Shown: positions 11,154-22,265, numbered from the stretch's first letter. The stretch is 64,000 nucleotides of DNA from an uncultured Nitrososphaerales archaeon (GCA_963709405.1 CAVPXM010000055.1:128001-192000); one strand, 5' to 3'. The notes: a model not told the origin generated them from the sequence alone. A program made the numbers and translations.

Positions 11154-12848
11154 ATGAGTACCGAATTAAGGGTCCATCCTTCGTTTTTTAGAGAGTTTGC
11201 GACTAAGACTTGGGTTTCGCCAAACGAGATAGTCAAAGAGCTCATAGAAAATGCATTTGATGAAGATGCAACTAAGGTTTTGCTCACTATCTTGGCTAAT
11301 GGATTTGTGGTCATAGAAGATGATGCAGGAATGGACGAGCTTGCTATGGAAAAATTCTTACTATTAGGTTCACCTCACAAAAGGGACGACCACATCTCTC
11401 CGAAGTTTAAGAGGATCAGGACAGGTAGATATGGGACTGGCAGATTATCATTTCTCACCTCATTTGAAAAGATGAAGATCAGGACAAAACATGAAGCCTT
11501 TGTGAAGTCGATAGTAATTGATGCTGGTACTCTTGATAAGCTATATAATGGAAATGTGGTACTGGATGAGGTCAGGGATGCCTCCTTGGGGAGGAATGGT
11601 ACAGAATTACTCCTCAGCGATCCGAAAGTTACGATAGATAGCAGTAAACTGATAAAAGAAATCAGAAAGCTTGCTATACTTCGACAGCCTATGTTTGAGG
11701 TCTATTTTAAGGTATCCGAAAACTATCAAGAATGGAATTTTCAAGGAGCGTTCGTCGTTAAACCACCTGAAATTCAGGGCCATAGAATTCCAGTTGATCT
11801 GGATGACGCTAGGATATCGGGTGAAATAGTTATAGCAAGAAGGCCATTGTCTGAAGACGAGAGAGGCATTGCGATAATGGTTGGAAGCCATACCGTAACT
11901 AGAAGCAACTTCGGATTCGATACTAAGCTAAATAGAGTGTCTGGCTATGTAAGGTGTGATTCATTGACATCTCGATTTGCTGATAAATCAGCATTGATAG
12001 AGGATGCTGAATACTCTAGGTTTAATGACATAATGAAGTCATTTGTACACTCGACTGTTCTGCCAGGTTTAAGCCAATATGAAGACGTGCTAATTACTCG
12101 CGAAGAATCAAGAATCTACAAGGAAATTGATAAGGTACTGGGACAAGCCTTAGTTGAGAGTACTGAAACCCACGAAGAAATCCAAGAATTGAGCACCGTA
12201 GATGTTACGGGGGTAACCGAATCCAATAAGTCTGACATATATGAAGGTAACCCTACCGAACTAGATCAGTCAGATACAGAGCCTGTGATCCGTGATACTT
12301 CACGAACCGATTTCGAGCAATCAACAACTGATATAGCTCGTCATAACTTAACTGGGCAGTTAAATAGATCTGCTATGCGTGAGGAAGATGAAAATAATAA
12401 TGCACTGCCATCGAACACTTCAGGAGGGGCCACCATTGTACCTAGTATTAGCAATCAAGCTGCGGTATACGGAATTGAATCATCAGATAATCGCGGAAGC
12501 GTTAATCTTGGAGAGGTCTCTGTCAAAACTAGGAAATTTCGCACACCTGTGGTCAAGAGAACCTTTGCTCTAAAGAAAGTGGGTTACAAGGTTATTCCAT
12601 ATGAAGATGGAAGTGATTCAAGGTATAGCTTTACTAGCGAGAACGTGGTATTCGTCAACAAAGCAAATTCTACATACAAAGCTGAGGCGAACAGAGGAGA
12701 TGAATTTCTCCTAAGACACATTATCAATATGGTGGCTGAAGCTGTAGCTCAAGCAAAACATCCAGAAGGTAAGGAAGCATTGGAATTGCAAAACCACCTT
12801 ATAGGAGAAGCCATTAGAATACATGATGGCTCGACGGTTAAAAAGTGA
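11154..12848 (+). CDS. GHKL (HSP90/MutL/MORC-like) ATPase
   Basis: KELIENAFDE (N box), IEDDAGM (G1), GRYGTG (G2), NGTEL. Confidence 0.8.
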   Translation: MSTELRVHPSFFREFATKTWVSPNEIVKELIENAFDEDATKVLLTILANGFVVIEDDAGMDELAMEKFLLLGSPHKRDDHISPKFKRIRTGRYGTGRLSFLTSFEKMKIRTKHEAFVKSIVIDAGTLDKLYNGNVVLDEVRDASLGRNGTELLLSDPKVTIDSSKLIKEIRKLAILRQPMFEVYFKVSENYQEWNFQGAFVVKPPEIQGHRIPVDLDDARISGEIVIARRPLSEDERGIAIMVGSHTVTRSNFGFDTKLNRVSGYVRCDSLTSRFADKSALIEDAEYSRFNDIMKSFVHSTVLPGLSQYEDVLITREESRIYKEIDKVLGQALVESTETHEEIQELSTVDVTGVTESNKSDIYEGNPTELDQSDTEPVIRDTSRTDFEQSTTDIARHNLTGQLNRSAMREEDENNNALPSNTSGGATIVPSISNQAAVYGIESSDNRGSVNLGEVSVKTRKFRTPVVKRTFALKKVGYKVIPYEDGSDSRYSFTSENVVFVNKANSTYKAEANRGDEFLLRHIINMVAEAVAQAKHPEGKEALELQNHLIGEAIRIHDGSTVKK

Positions 12849-13012
12849 GAATCCTTTACACATTTTATCAATATTTCATTTTCTGTGTTAGAGATGAACA
12901 ACTCGATACGGCAATGCGAACACAACTATGGGCTAAACCTATAACGAGTTTATGGTAAAGGTCTAATAGAAACGACTAAATCTAACTGGTATAAGATATA
13001 TCATGAAAATAG

Positions 13013-13609
13013 ATGGCATTTCAATTTATGCCTGGTGCGACTGCGGTCGGAATCACTTTTTCTGAAGGAGTTGTGTTAGCGGCAGAAAAGCGTGTTTCAT
13101 ATGGAAATTTTGTGATAAATAAGAATACAAAGAAAACGTTCCCGATAACAGACTATGTTGGAGCTGCATGCGCTGGAATGATTGCGGACATGCAAGTATT
13201 GGTCAGGCAGGTTGGAGCTTTAGCGAAGATAAGAAAGCTTGAGACGAGACGCAATGTGGCCCCAAATTCTATTGCCAAACTAATGTCTGTGATAATGTTT
13301 GAGCGTAGATTTTTTCCGCTTTTAACTCAGGTCATCGTTGGCGGAATCAATGACAAACCCCGAATTTATACACTGGATCCTGTTGGCTCTGTTCTCCCAG
13401 ATGACTATGCGGCCGTTGGTACTGGAGCAGAAATGGCTCTGGGGGTACTAGACTCAGAATTCAAACAAAAAATGTCTCAGGATAAAGCCCGTGAATTAGC
13501 TGTCAAGGCGATCAAATCATCGATTCAAAGAGATTCGGCTAGCGGCGATGGGATAGACGTCCTTATCACGACTCACGATGGATATACCGAAGAAACTATG
13601 AGCTTCTAG
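13013..13609 (+). CDS. psmB: Proteasome beta subunit
   Basis: GATAVG, AAEKR, AGMIADMQ, GTGA, RDSASG. Confidence 0.93.
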   Translation: MAFQFMPGATAVGITFSEGVVLAAEKRVSYGNFVINKNTKKTFPITDYVGAACAGMIADMQVLVRQVGALAKIRKLETRRNVAPNSIAKLMSVIMFERRFFPLLTQVIVGGINDKPRIYTLDPVGSVLPDDYAAVGTGAEMALGVLDSEFKQKMSQDKARELAVKAIKSSIQRDSASGDGIDVLITTHDGYTEETMSF

Positions 13610-13716
13610 ACTTGTTACTCGACAAGGTGGAAAGTCTTTATAATACTCTACAAGCGAGACTGTGGATTAATTAGAAAAAATAAATATGCATCAACCGAAC
13701 ATGTTATTGTTGAGCT

Positions 13717-13827
13717 ATGTCTGAACCCGTAAATGAAGAGGTAGAAGAAGAATTCGAAGATGACTTGGATGAAGATATCGACGAAGATATTGATGACGAA
13801 GGTACAGCCGTGGCCGATGGTAACTAG
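13717..13827 (+). CDS. 36-aa extremely acidic micro-protein (not in ORF track)
   Basis: MSEPVNEEVEEEFEDDLDEDIDEDIDDEGTAVADGN*; TTTATAA box upstream at about 13637. Confidence 0.55.
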   Translation: MSEPVNEEVEEEFEDDLDEDIDEDIDDEGTAVADGN

Positions 13828-14203
13828 ACATTCAATAACACATTCGTCGTTCTGAAGATAACAACAAATTGGTTGCAGATGAAGTACTCAATGCATCTTT
13901 TAATAGCCATACCTCACGATAAAAAGCAAAACAACGTCAATGTTTATAATCACTTAGTATATCCCTGTACCTCGGGTCTTTATATGCAATATATTTAACG
14001 TATTCACCGTACGTCATATATAGAGCGCAGCTTTCACATCGAACAAAAGAAAAGTCGTCCGATAGTTCCGCCACCTTCTTACAATCAGGACAGTGAACCT
14101 TCAATGCCAATGGTTATGCATTAAACAATAATAAAATTCTATCTGAATACATCTATTGTAAACCCATCATGGAGCCTGTTTGACATAAAAGTTGCGGCAG
14201 TAT

Positions 14204-14365
14204 CTATAGAGCTTTAACCTGCTTTACTATAGGTTGACGCGATTTCCTAAAAACGCGAAAGCCACAGATACACTTAATTTCCGGTAATCTTGAGAGCTCT
14301 TCAACCGAAACTGACATGCCGCATCTCATACACTCATAGATTACGTCCCCAAGACTTTCAGCCAT
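14204..14365 (-). CDS. rpo12: DNA-directed RNA polymerase subunit Rpo12/RpoP (not in ORF track)
   Basis: YECMRCG...IKCICGFRVFRKSRQPIVKQVKA, 53 aa. Confidence 0.9.
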   Translation of the reverse strand: MAESLGDVIYECMRCGMSVSVEELSRLPEIKCICGFRVFRKSRQPIVKQVKAL

Positions 14366-14609
14366 TGAATTAATTAATAAAATAAACTAGATTTAAAGAT
14401 TATGAGTTTGAATTGTGAAGTGATTCGTAAATAACTGCATTTAGAAGTTATTTACTTTTATACGGTGTGCGAAAACGCCGTTGACCGACAAAGAATCAGC
14501 AGGAAATAAGCCAATGGTGATCCCCTTCTTGGTCGTGTCTGTATCTGCTCGCCTATAACCTCTAACACCAGGCAGAGTTTGGCAAGACATGGTATCCGGA
14601 AGCAGTTAA

Positions 14610-15845
14610 TTAGGGATTAGCCGGAGTTCGAGGTTGCCTCTTCTTTCGCGCTGACACAATGGAAAGGATGTCTCTGTCCTTTAGATGATAAGTAGTTGGT
14701 AATCTCAGGCCGTCTCGAACGTCTATGGCATAGAGCAAGCCTTTAGCTAACTCTGTATGAATATCCTCAGCTAGATCCTTTATTGTTGAGCCAGTTTTCA
14801 TCAAATATACATCCGGCAAAACATTACCGTACTTGTCAGACATCTTTGTTGGGTCTGCAACCGGATATATAGCGTTCATCCTCAATAGCTTGAACACCGC
14901 CACGTTTATTGCGAACTGAACGCCCGTCCTCATATATTCATTAAGTACATCTTTCCTTATGAAATTCAGAGCCCATTTTTGTTTGTCATTCAAACTTGAT
15001 TGATCCGTCATTTCGAACCGTTCGTCACCTGGTAGATACTTTATCAATCCACGATTCTGAGCACGACGCAACGTCAACTCAGCATCTGCGCTAGTAGGTA
15101 CTATTATCGAATCCTTATACTCTTCTCGCAACCTCCTAAAATTCTCAGTTGCTACTGGCAGGTCAACCTTGTTTGCTACTATGAGTGTAGGTTTTGAAAT
15201 TTCCCTCAAGCTCCAACAAAAATTTCTCCGATTTTCTGGATTGAAATCGTCAAATTTTACATTCAGCAAATCGTTCGCATGAAGGGCATATTTGACATGA
15301 TCCTCTCTAACACCAATCCCTCTAAAAATCTCCGTGATTGACGTGACCATATCATTGGATGAATTGATTGCCCTTGAAATCTTGTCATAATTTCCTTCGA
15401 GCAATTTCAGATACCACATTATTACTTCTTCTTCTATATCCGCAACATCGGCAACAGGGTCGCCTGTCCCAGGTTCAGCAATCTTGCCAGAGGCGTCAAT
15501 GCTCCCTGATGCATCTACTATATGTAGGAGGGCATCCGACTGAGCAGCTACAGACAAAAATTGATTTCCAAGGCCTTTACCTTCCCATGCACCTTTTATT
15601 AGTCCGGGCAAATCGACCAATTCTATAGGGATAAATCTCCATCCGTCAACACACCTTGAATTTCGTGGTGAATCAAGAACTCCTAGCTCTTTGTGGACAC
15701 ATAGTGTAATGGCGTTCGCATTACCCACATTAGGTTGCTTGGTTACAAAGGGGTAATTAGATATCTCAGCCGATCCCAGTGTAGCCGCGTTAAAAAAAGT
15801 CGTCTTGCCTGTATTAGTTTTACCAATCAGACCTATCTTTATCAT
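14610..15845 (-). CDS. ychF: YchF/Obg-family GTPase with TGS domain
   Basis: GKTNTGKT, YPFVT, DLPG, NKVD, IHTEL. Confidence 0.88.
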   Translation of the reverse strand: MIKIGLIGKTNTGKTTFFNAATLGSAEISNYPFVTKQPNVGNANAITLCVHKELGVLDSPRNSRCVDGWRFIPIELVDLPGLIKGAWEGKGLGNQFLSVAAQSDALLHIVDASGSIDASGKIAEPGTGDPVADVADIEEEVIMWYLKLLEGNYDKISRAINSSNDMVTSITEIFRGIGVREDHVKYALHANDLLNVKFDDFNPENRRNFCWSLREISKPTLIVANKVDLPVATENFRRLREEYKDSIIVPTSADAELTLRRAQNRGLIKYLPGDERFEMTDQSSLNDKQKWALNFIRKDVLNEYMRTGVQFAINVAVFKLLRMNAIYPVADPTKMSDKYGNVLPDVYLMKTGSTIKDLAEDIHTELAKGLLYAIDVRDGLRLPTTYHLKDRDILSIVSARKKRQPRTPANP

Positions 15846-15914
15846 AAAACATTCGATTAACTAAAGTTTATAAATATATTCGTCAGGTTGCTATAGGTTA
15901 TCAGGATGACAAGA

Positions 15915-17598
15915 TCACTTTGCGGCTAAAGGAACTGTTATAGCTCCAATTGAAGCAGATTGGACCAAGGAAGCATACTTTGCGAGTGCCCCGAACTTAT
16001 AACGTGGCCGTATTGGCTTCCACGATTTCCTTCTTTTGATAATCTCTGCCGAGGTTAACCGTGTACTCAATTTTCCCTTCAAAATGTCTATTTCAATTAG
16101 GTCACCGTTTCTTATAAGCGCAATAGGTCCACCGACAAAAGCTTCTGGGCTTACATGTCCTACCATAAAACCTCTCGTTGCTCCTGAAAATCTTCCATCT
16201 GTAATCATTGCTACTTTTTCTCCCAAGCCTTGTCCTACAACGGCAGCCGTCACAGCAAGCATCTCTCTCATACCAGGTCCTCCCTTGGGTCCTTCATACC
16301 TTATAACGATGACATCGCCTTCAATGACTTTGTTCTTCGTCAAGGCTTCAAATGCGTCTTCTTCAGAATTAAAGACTTTCGCCTTGCCGACGAATCTTGT
16401 TTTGTGAATGCCTGCAATCTTTATTACGGCTCCTTCTGGTGCAAGGGTTCCTTTCAGAATTTTCAGGGTTCCCTCTTTATGGATAGGATTTTCGATGGGT
16501 TTCACCACTCTCTGGGAATCTACACCATCAAATTGGATCATTTTAATATTTTCGCTGATACTTTTGCCGGTTACCGTAATAGCTTCCCCATGTATCAATC
16601 CCGCTTTCAAAAGACTATTAGTCACAATCGGGATACCACCAATATCATCCAAATCTCTCATGACATACATTCCTCCCGGCCTCAGATCCGCAATATGTGG
16701 AACTTTTCGGCGTATTCTCTCGAAATCATCTAGACGTAACTTGATGCCAACCTCCTTTGACAATGCCAGCAGATGCAACACTGAATTAGTTGATCCACCA
16801 ATTGCATTCACGATTGCGATCGCATTCTCAAATGCTTCAAACGTCATGATATCCTTCGGTCTGAGGTTGTTCTCGATCAGGCGGTAAATTTGCTTACCTG
16901 CGTCATAACATAACCTTTGTTCTTAACTCACTTTCAGCAGGCGGAGACGAACTGCCTGGAAATGATATGCCTATTGCCTCGGCAACTGATGCCATTGTAT
17001 TTGCAGTGTACATTCCTGCACATGAACCTGCGGAAGGACAGGCAACATTTTCCAAGCTGAGAAGTTCTTCCGCAGTCATCTTGCCAGAATCATACATTCC
17101 CACGGCTTCATATACATCCTGAATAGTTACTTGTTTTCCATTCCAAGATCCGGGCAAAATAGTGCCTCCGTAGACAAAAATTGAGGGCAAATTTAATCTT
17201 GCCATGGCCATCATGGTGCCAGGCAGACTCTTGTCACAGCCTGAAATGCCAACTAATGCATCATATTGATGTGCACGCATCATAACTTCTATAGAGTCAG
17301 CAATGATTTCCCTACTAACAAGAGATGCCCTCATACCTTCATGACCCATCGCTATCCCATCAGAAACCGCTATTGTAGTGAACTCTCTCGGGGTACACCC
17401 ACCATCCTTTGCTCCCTGTTTTGCTACCTGTGCTAGTCGTCCTAAGTGGATGTTACATGGAGTAGCTTCATTGCAGGAAGAACAAATTGCGACCATGGGA
17501 CGGGCCAGGTCCTCATCTACCAGGCCCATAGCCTTGTACATTGCCCTGTGAGGTGCTCGGGAGAGCCCTTGAAGAACCGTTCGACTGGGTAAATCCAA
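15915..17598 (-). CDS. ilvD: Dihydroxy-acid dehydratase (frameshift near 16910)
   Basis: [36 protein letters not shown] split over two ORFs. Confidence 0.92.
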
Positions 17599-17663
17599 TT
17601 CAGATTGTATTTCTCTTTTGTATATTTTAAGATTCGTTGCCGAATACCAATTTTACAAGGATC

Positions 17664-17867
17664 TTATTCAAGCGTAGCGGTAATTTTGATAGCATCAAGC
17701 CCTTCTAGCTTAAAAATAGTCTCGCACATTCCACATTCGGCATTCCCACTGGAGAGGTCGTTAGCTGAAATTTCTTCATTCTGGTAGTCGCATTTGGGGC
17801 ATCGAAATGAAAAGGATATATCAAAATTATCAAGTTCTACTGTTTCGGTCATGGTATCTACTAGCAT
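17664..17867 (-). CDS. Small Zn-finger protein
   Basis: CPKC...CGMC. Confidence 0.6.
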   Translation of the reverse strand: MLVDTMTETVELDNFDISFSFRCPKCDYQNEEISANDLSSGNAECGMCETIFKLEGLDAIKITATLE

Positions 17868-18037
17868 GAATATATTATATTTAAGATCTGCTGTGTGTTA
17901 ATTCGCGACCTGGCCTCACTTAATCTCAATAAAATAACCATGGTACTAGTATCATGCTACCAAACTTCGTTAATCTTATCTATTACACATCCTGAAATAA
18001 ATATATAATATATAATTAATTATCCGTAAATAGAATA

Positions 18038-18490
18038 TTGCATAAAACACCGTCGTGCCTTTTTTGTTCTATAATTCAAGGGAAGGCACCAGTAGCACTA
18101 GTGTATACGGATAATGAGTTCGTGGCACTAATGGACAAATATCCAGTAAATCATGGACACACACTATTGATACCCAAGGTACATTATAATGATCTTCTGT
18201 CTATGCCGTTAAATCAAATCGGTAGAATGTACTGCGTTGCCGCAAACTTAGCCAAGGCAATAGTTTCCTCGGTTAGGGCTGACGGGTTCAACCTCGGTCA
18301 GAATAATGGGCGTGCAGCAAATCAAATTGTCCCTCATGTTCACGTCCACATTATTCCTCGATATAACTATGATAGTCCTAACGGAAATTGGCCGTCTAGA
18401 AAAGTCGCATCACTCGCAGACCTTACCAAGATCGCTGAATCAATCAGAAATTCCATAGCCAAGCCATTAGCTTCTGGTTATCTTCAGTAA
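18038..18490 (+). CDS. HIT-family hydrolase
   Basis: CLFC, GHTLLIPK, HVHVHIIPR. Confidence 0.92.
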   Translation: MHKTPSCLFCSIIQGKAPVALVYTDNEFVALMDKYPVNHGHTLLIPKVHYNDLLSMPLNQIGRMYCVAANLAKAIVSSVRADGFNLGQNNGRAANQIVPHVHVHIIPRYNYDSPNGNWPSRKVASLADLTKIAESIRNSIAKPLASGYLQ

Positions 18491-18633
18491 GGATTAGTGA
18501 AGATCTTTTCGGCTCCCTAGCATGTTAATTCAATATTATGTGATTAAGCTTAGGCTTCCAGTCCATTCGATGTTCATTTGTTGTAAAAAAAAACCAAGTA
18601 GATTCCTTTTAAACTGTACTGTAAACATGTTTT

Positions 18634-18867
18634 ATGGTGGATTCAGTCCAGATAAACAGGAGTTCCAAGTATAACACGGTTGAATTAGTTTATTCCATGA
18701 TACAAAAGCACAGTGGAGAACTGACTTCGAAACTATTAGAAAAGGAAATTGGAAATAAATATGTAGTACATTACGCAATCACACGTTTGACAAAGGACGG
18801 TAGAATAAAAAGAGTGCGCGGATTCGGACCAAATCGAATAGAATTTTTTTACTTGGATATTGGATAA
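18634..18867 (+). CDS. Small basic winged-helix-like protein
   Basis: 77 aa, VHYAITRLTKDGRIKRV pattern. Confidence 0.55.
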   Translation: MVDSVQINRSSKYNTVELVYSMIQKHSGELTSKLLEKEIGNKYVVHYAITRLTKDGRIKRVRGFGPNRIEFFYLDIG

Positions 18868-19002
18868 ATCTGTAGTTTGATCATGCGAACTACAAATATA
18901 GCATGATTCTCCAATTTATTGATTGCAAGACACAGAAAAAAAGGACTTGAGTTAAGGCCTTTCGTCATCTAAGTCCTAAAAGTGCCCTCATGATGTCCAG
19001 TT

Positions 19003-19188
19003 CTAGAATATTTCCTCATCTTTTCTTAGACCACCCAGACCAGTCTTTACCTGAGCAGAACATTCGAGGCAAATGCTTTCGGAAAATGGGAAGGTCTTCA
19101 GGCAATGTTTGCAAACTGGTCTTTTGCAACTAGGGCAAACCAGCGTGTACTTTCTAAGGTTACAAAGGTAACAAAGACTCATCATCAT
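19003..19188 (-). CDS. Cys-rich Zn-finger small protein
   Basis: Four CxxC pairs (CYLC, CPSC, CKHC, CLEC). Confidence 0.6.
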   Translation of the reverse strand: MMMSLCYLCNLRKYTLVCPSCKRPVCKHCLKTFPFSESICLECSAQVKTGLGGLRKDEEIF

Positions 19189-19269
19189 AACTATATGGGG
19201 TAAATGGTGTAAAAGTTTATCGAATCGAATCAGAATACTAGCTGGCTAGTCGCTAATTAATAAATTACT

Positions 19270-19449
19270 CTACTCTTCAAAGACCCTCAAATCCTGATGC
19301 TTCTTAATTTTTTTTATGTAATGGTTCAGATAGCTTTTTGCTTCACGTTCTGTGTCGAACCGTGCTTCACCTCTAAATGATCCGTTTTCATCGATAAAGG
19401 ATACTGCAGACCATATCCCATTTTTTCCCATTTTCTTTACAACGAACAT
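19270..19449 (-). CDS. 59-aa hypothetical protein (not in ORF track)
   Basis: MFVVKKMGKNGIWSAVSFIDENGSFRGEARFDTEREAKSYL...RVFEE*. Confidence 0.6.
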   Translation of the reverse strand: MFVVKKMGKNGIWSAVSFIDENGSFRGEARFDTEREAKSYLNHYIKKIKKHQDLRVFEE

Positions 19450-19615
19450 CTCTTAGTTATTGTAATTATTGAATTAAAAGATACTCAATTCATTCCCACG
19501 TTTCAGTACATGGTGACGTCTTAGTTTGTCACCATTTCAGATTTGTATGGACAGGCCTAATAATTAATGTGGTTACGGGCAGTATATCGCTATGTCAAAT
19601 AAGAATCTTAACGAA

Positions 19616-20005
19616 TTATTCAGTTACCAAATTCTTAAGCTGGGACATCTGAATCGGTTTTATCAGGACTTTTATATTCTTATCAGAAAAAAAGGTATCA
19701 TTTTTCATTTCTTGCCTGACTTTATCAAAAGCTGTTAAGATAATGATTTTCGCCTCAGAGTGGGCAGTGAGTATCACTTTTGCAGCTTGCAGCCCGTTTC
19801 TAATTCCAGGCAACTTGTAATCCATTATTAACAAATCGGGCTGATAAGAATTATAATCTACAAGGATTTCATCGGCGGTAGTCGAGGTGACCATGACTTC
19901 ACATCCCTTTTTTTCGAGATAATCCTTGTAAAGGATCAGTAAATCTTGCTCATCCTCAACTATCATAACTTTTCTTGGATCCGGAACCTTTTTTAACTTC
20001 TTCAT
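19616..20005 (-). CDS. Stand-alone response-regulator receiver (CheY-like)
   Basis: IVEDE, MDYKLP..NG, LTA, KP. Confidence 0.9.
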   Translation of the reverse strand: MKKLKKVPDPRKVMIVEDEQDLLILYKDYLEKKGCEVMVTSTTADEILVDYNSYQPDLLIMDYKLPGIRNGLQAAKVILTAHSEAKIIILTAFDKVRQEMKNDTFFSDKNIKVLIKPIQMSQLKNLVTE

Positions 20006-20039
20006 AATTTTATGGATGTAATTTAGTATAAAATCTTGT

Positions 20040-21327
20040 TCAGTTTACAGTACTCTTGGCCCTAAACCTAAGTATTGCACCTATCTTACCCAGGCTAGCC
20101 ATTTGTGTTCCTTCCTCAGACCTACCAGATATAACTTCGATTTTGCTACCAGTCATTGTAGTCAGCTCTTCTAGATAATCAACAATATCTTGCTCACTTG
20201 TTTCGTAGTCTAAACCTTGACACGAGGGGCAGGGTGTAGAGATCAAATCCTGTTTTTCCGCAAAGACCTTACTTTTATCTATTATAATTTCCCTAGAATA
20301 GCCACATTTCTTGCATTTAGCTGATACACGTACAAGCGTGACGTCATCAGTAACGATTACCAAATCGACGGCTCCCTTTTGTAAGGCCTTTATAATATCA
20401 TTTAGTCCGTAAATACCGAGGCCGCTTTCAGAATGAACTTCACTCATAAATTTCTTCACCAGCTTCTTTTCCTCCATGAGTCTATATTCTGACATTATTC
20501 CTTGGTCATTTATTTTGTCCACGATCTCTCTCACGCCCTCATCGCCCGAATACGATGTATCTAAAGTTGAAATCACGTTGTTTCGTAGGCGGTAATCCAG
20601 ATATTCTTCCCTTAAAAAATTCTCCTTAGTAGGACCTGGCCCTCCTACGATGATCCCCTTAACTGCGTATTGGTCGATAAAGATGGTCTGTGCTCTATTT
20701 GCGACGCGATGATAGTACTCATTAAGTTCATTATCTCTCAGGCGTTCAAATCGTCTAGCAGACTGACCACCTTGTCTATGCTTTCCAGCAACCCCCGAAG
20801 TTAGCTCATCGACTGTTTCCCATCGATCACCTGTTAGGACACCCAGACCAGCTTCCTGTGTATCCAAAGCCAAGATAGCAATAACCCTATCGTCTCTTAA
20901 CATGTCCTTTAGATGATCAATCCAAAAATGATCATCACATCTGTACAACTGAATTTGTACCGGCTTAGGAGGAATCACTGGAAAAATCTCTATTTTTTCA
21001 GTCCCCAGGCCCTTCCCAGTGGAAAGAGCGCCACAAAAAATGACTAATCCATTTTCTGGTGTAGTTTTGTATAGCTTTAGATACTCAATCGTTCTGCTCA
21101 ATGCATCCTGCACGTGTGTCCTTGTCAGATCAGATTTGATATTTGACGCTGTACCAGATTCATCTCGGAGTTGGGATATAACTTCAAAGATAGGCCGACG
21201 TGGAGGTATATAGACAGTTACGAGCTCGGTACCATGACCACTAATCTTCGATAGCTCATTTAGCATTTTCTTTCAGCTTGTACCTCTTCACCGAGTCCCA
21301 CTTTGTCTCTGCAGTCTCTTTACTCAT
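20040..21327 (-). CDS. prf1: Peptide chain release factor aRF1 (N-terminus out of frame near 21270)
   Basis: GTASNIKS, YRCD, GGQS; upstream segment MSKETAETKWDSVKRYKL is in another frame from ATG 21327. Confidence 0.93.
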
Positions 21328-21447
21328 TAATAATTGCGATAACAAAATTCTACACGTAAGCAATATAAGGCTATCAAGTAAGCAGAAACGCATTTTTGAA
21401 TGCGCACTCAAGATTATAAGGTAATATATTGCATAAGCAAACATGAG

Positions 21448-22005
21448 ATGATGCTTCCTAGACTAGAATACATCAAGCAACTGAGGACTAGACTGGGAAT
21501 AACGCAGCGGAAGCTCGCCACTCACGCAGGTATTAGTGCATCGATGATTAATCAGATTGAAACCGGAAGATGCAAGCCTAGCTATGAGACCGCGAAAAAA
21601 ATCTTTGAATTCCTAAATTCACTTGAGGGGCAGTCCTCTATGAAAGCCGCTGATATCTGCAGTAGGACATTAATATCCGTTCAGAAAAACGAATCGATCC
21701 ACGCGGCGATTAGCAAGATGAGAGGTCATTCAATAAGCCAGCTTCCCGTCTTTGAGGATGGAATAGTGGTAGGAATATTGAGTGAAGATCGGCTTGCGAA
21801 GACTATTGCTGAAGGTAACAACAAGAACCTTAGTGATATGTCGATTGCCTCTGTTATGGAACCTCCACCGCCGATCGTTGATATATCCACTCCAGCAAAA
21901 GCCTTGATTCCTCTCGTCAGGTTTTCAAAATGCGTATTGGTAAGTGAGACCGGGAATGTAATCGGCGTAATCACCTTAACGGATACACTAAAAATGGTGG
22001 AGTAG
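21448..22005 (+). CDS. HTH (XRE) plus CBS-pair transcriptional regulator
   Basis: LGITQRKLA...IETGRCKPSY; ISQLPV, GVIT. Confidence 0.88.
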   Translation: MMLPRLEYIKQLRTRLGITQRKLATHAGISASMINQIETGRCKPSYETAKKIFEFLNSLEGQSSMKAADICSRTLISVQKNESIHAAISKMRGHSISQLPVFEDGIVVGILSEDRLAKTIAEGNNKNLSDMSIASVMEPPPPIVDISTPAKALIPLVRFSKCVLVSETGNVIGVITLTDTLKMVE

Positions 22006-22007
22006 TG

Positions 22008-22202
22008 TTATTCCTTTGCGTCCTCTAGTCCAATGCAACAGTCCGCACTCTTGATACATTCCGGACATAGGCTCACAGAACAATTCGGCACTAATGACAG
22101 ACCGCATAGGGCACATCTCTTTTTAGCTGCAGTGTCGATCAAGTTGTTATACGCCACGAAAATATATGACGTCGACACTATATAATTCATAATTTTAAAC
22201 AC
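22008..22202 (-). CDS. Possible small Cys-rich protein
   Basis: CALC..C..CPEC..CC; start uncertain. Confidence 0.35.
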   Translation of the reverse strand: MFKIMNYIVSTSYIFVAYNNLIDTAAKKRCALCGLSLVPNCSVSLCPECIKSADCCIGLEDAKE

Positions 22203-22265
22203 ATATCATACTTGGAAATTCGAGGAAAAGCGATGCAATCTTCCGCAAAAAACTTCTTTAACTTA

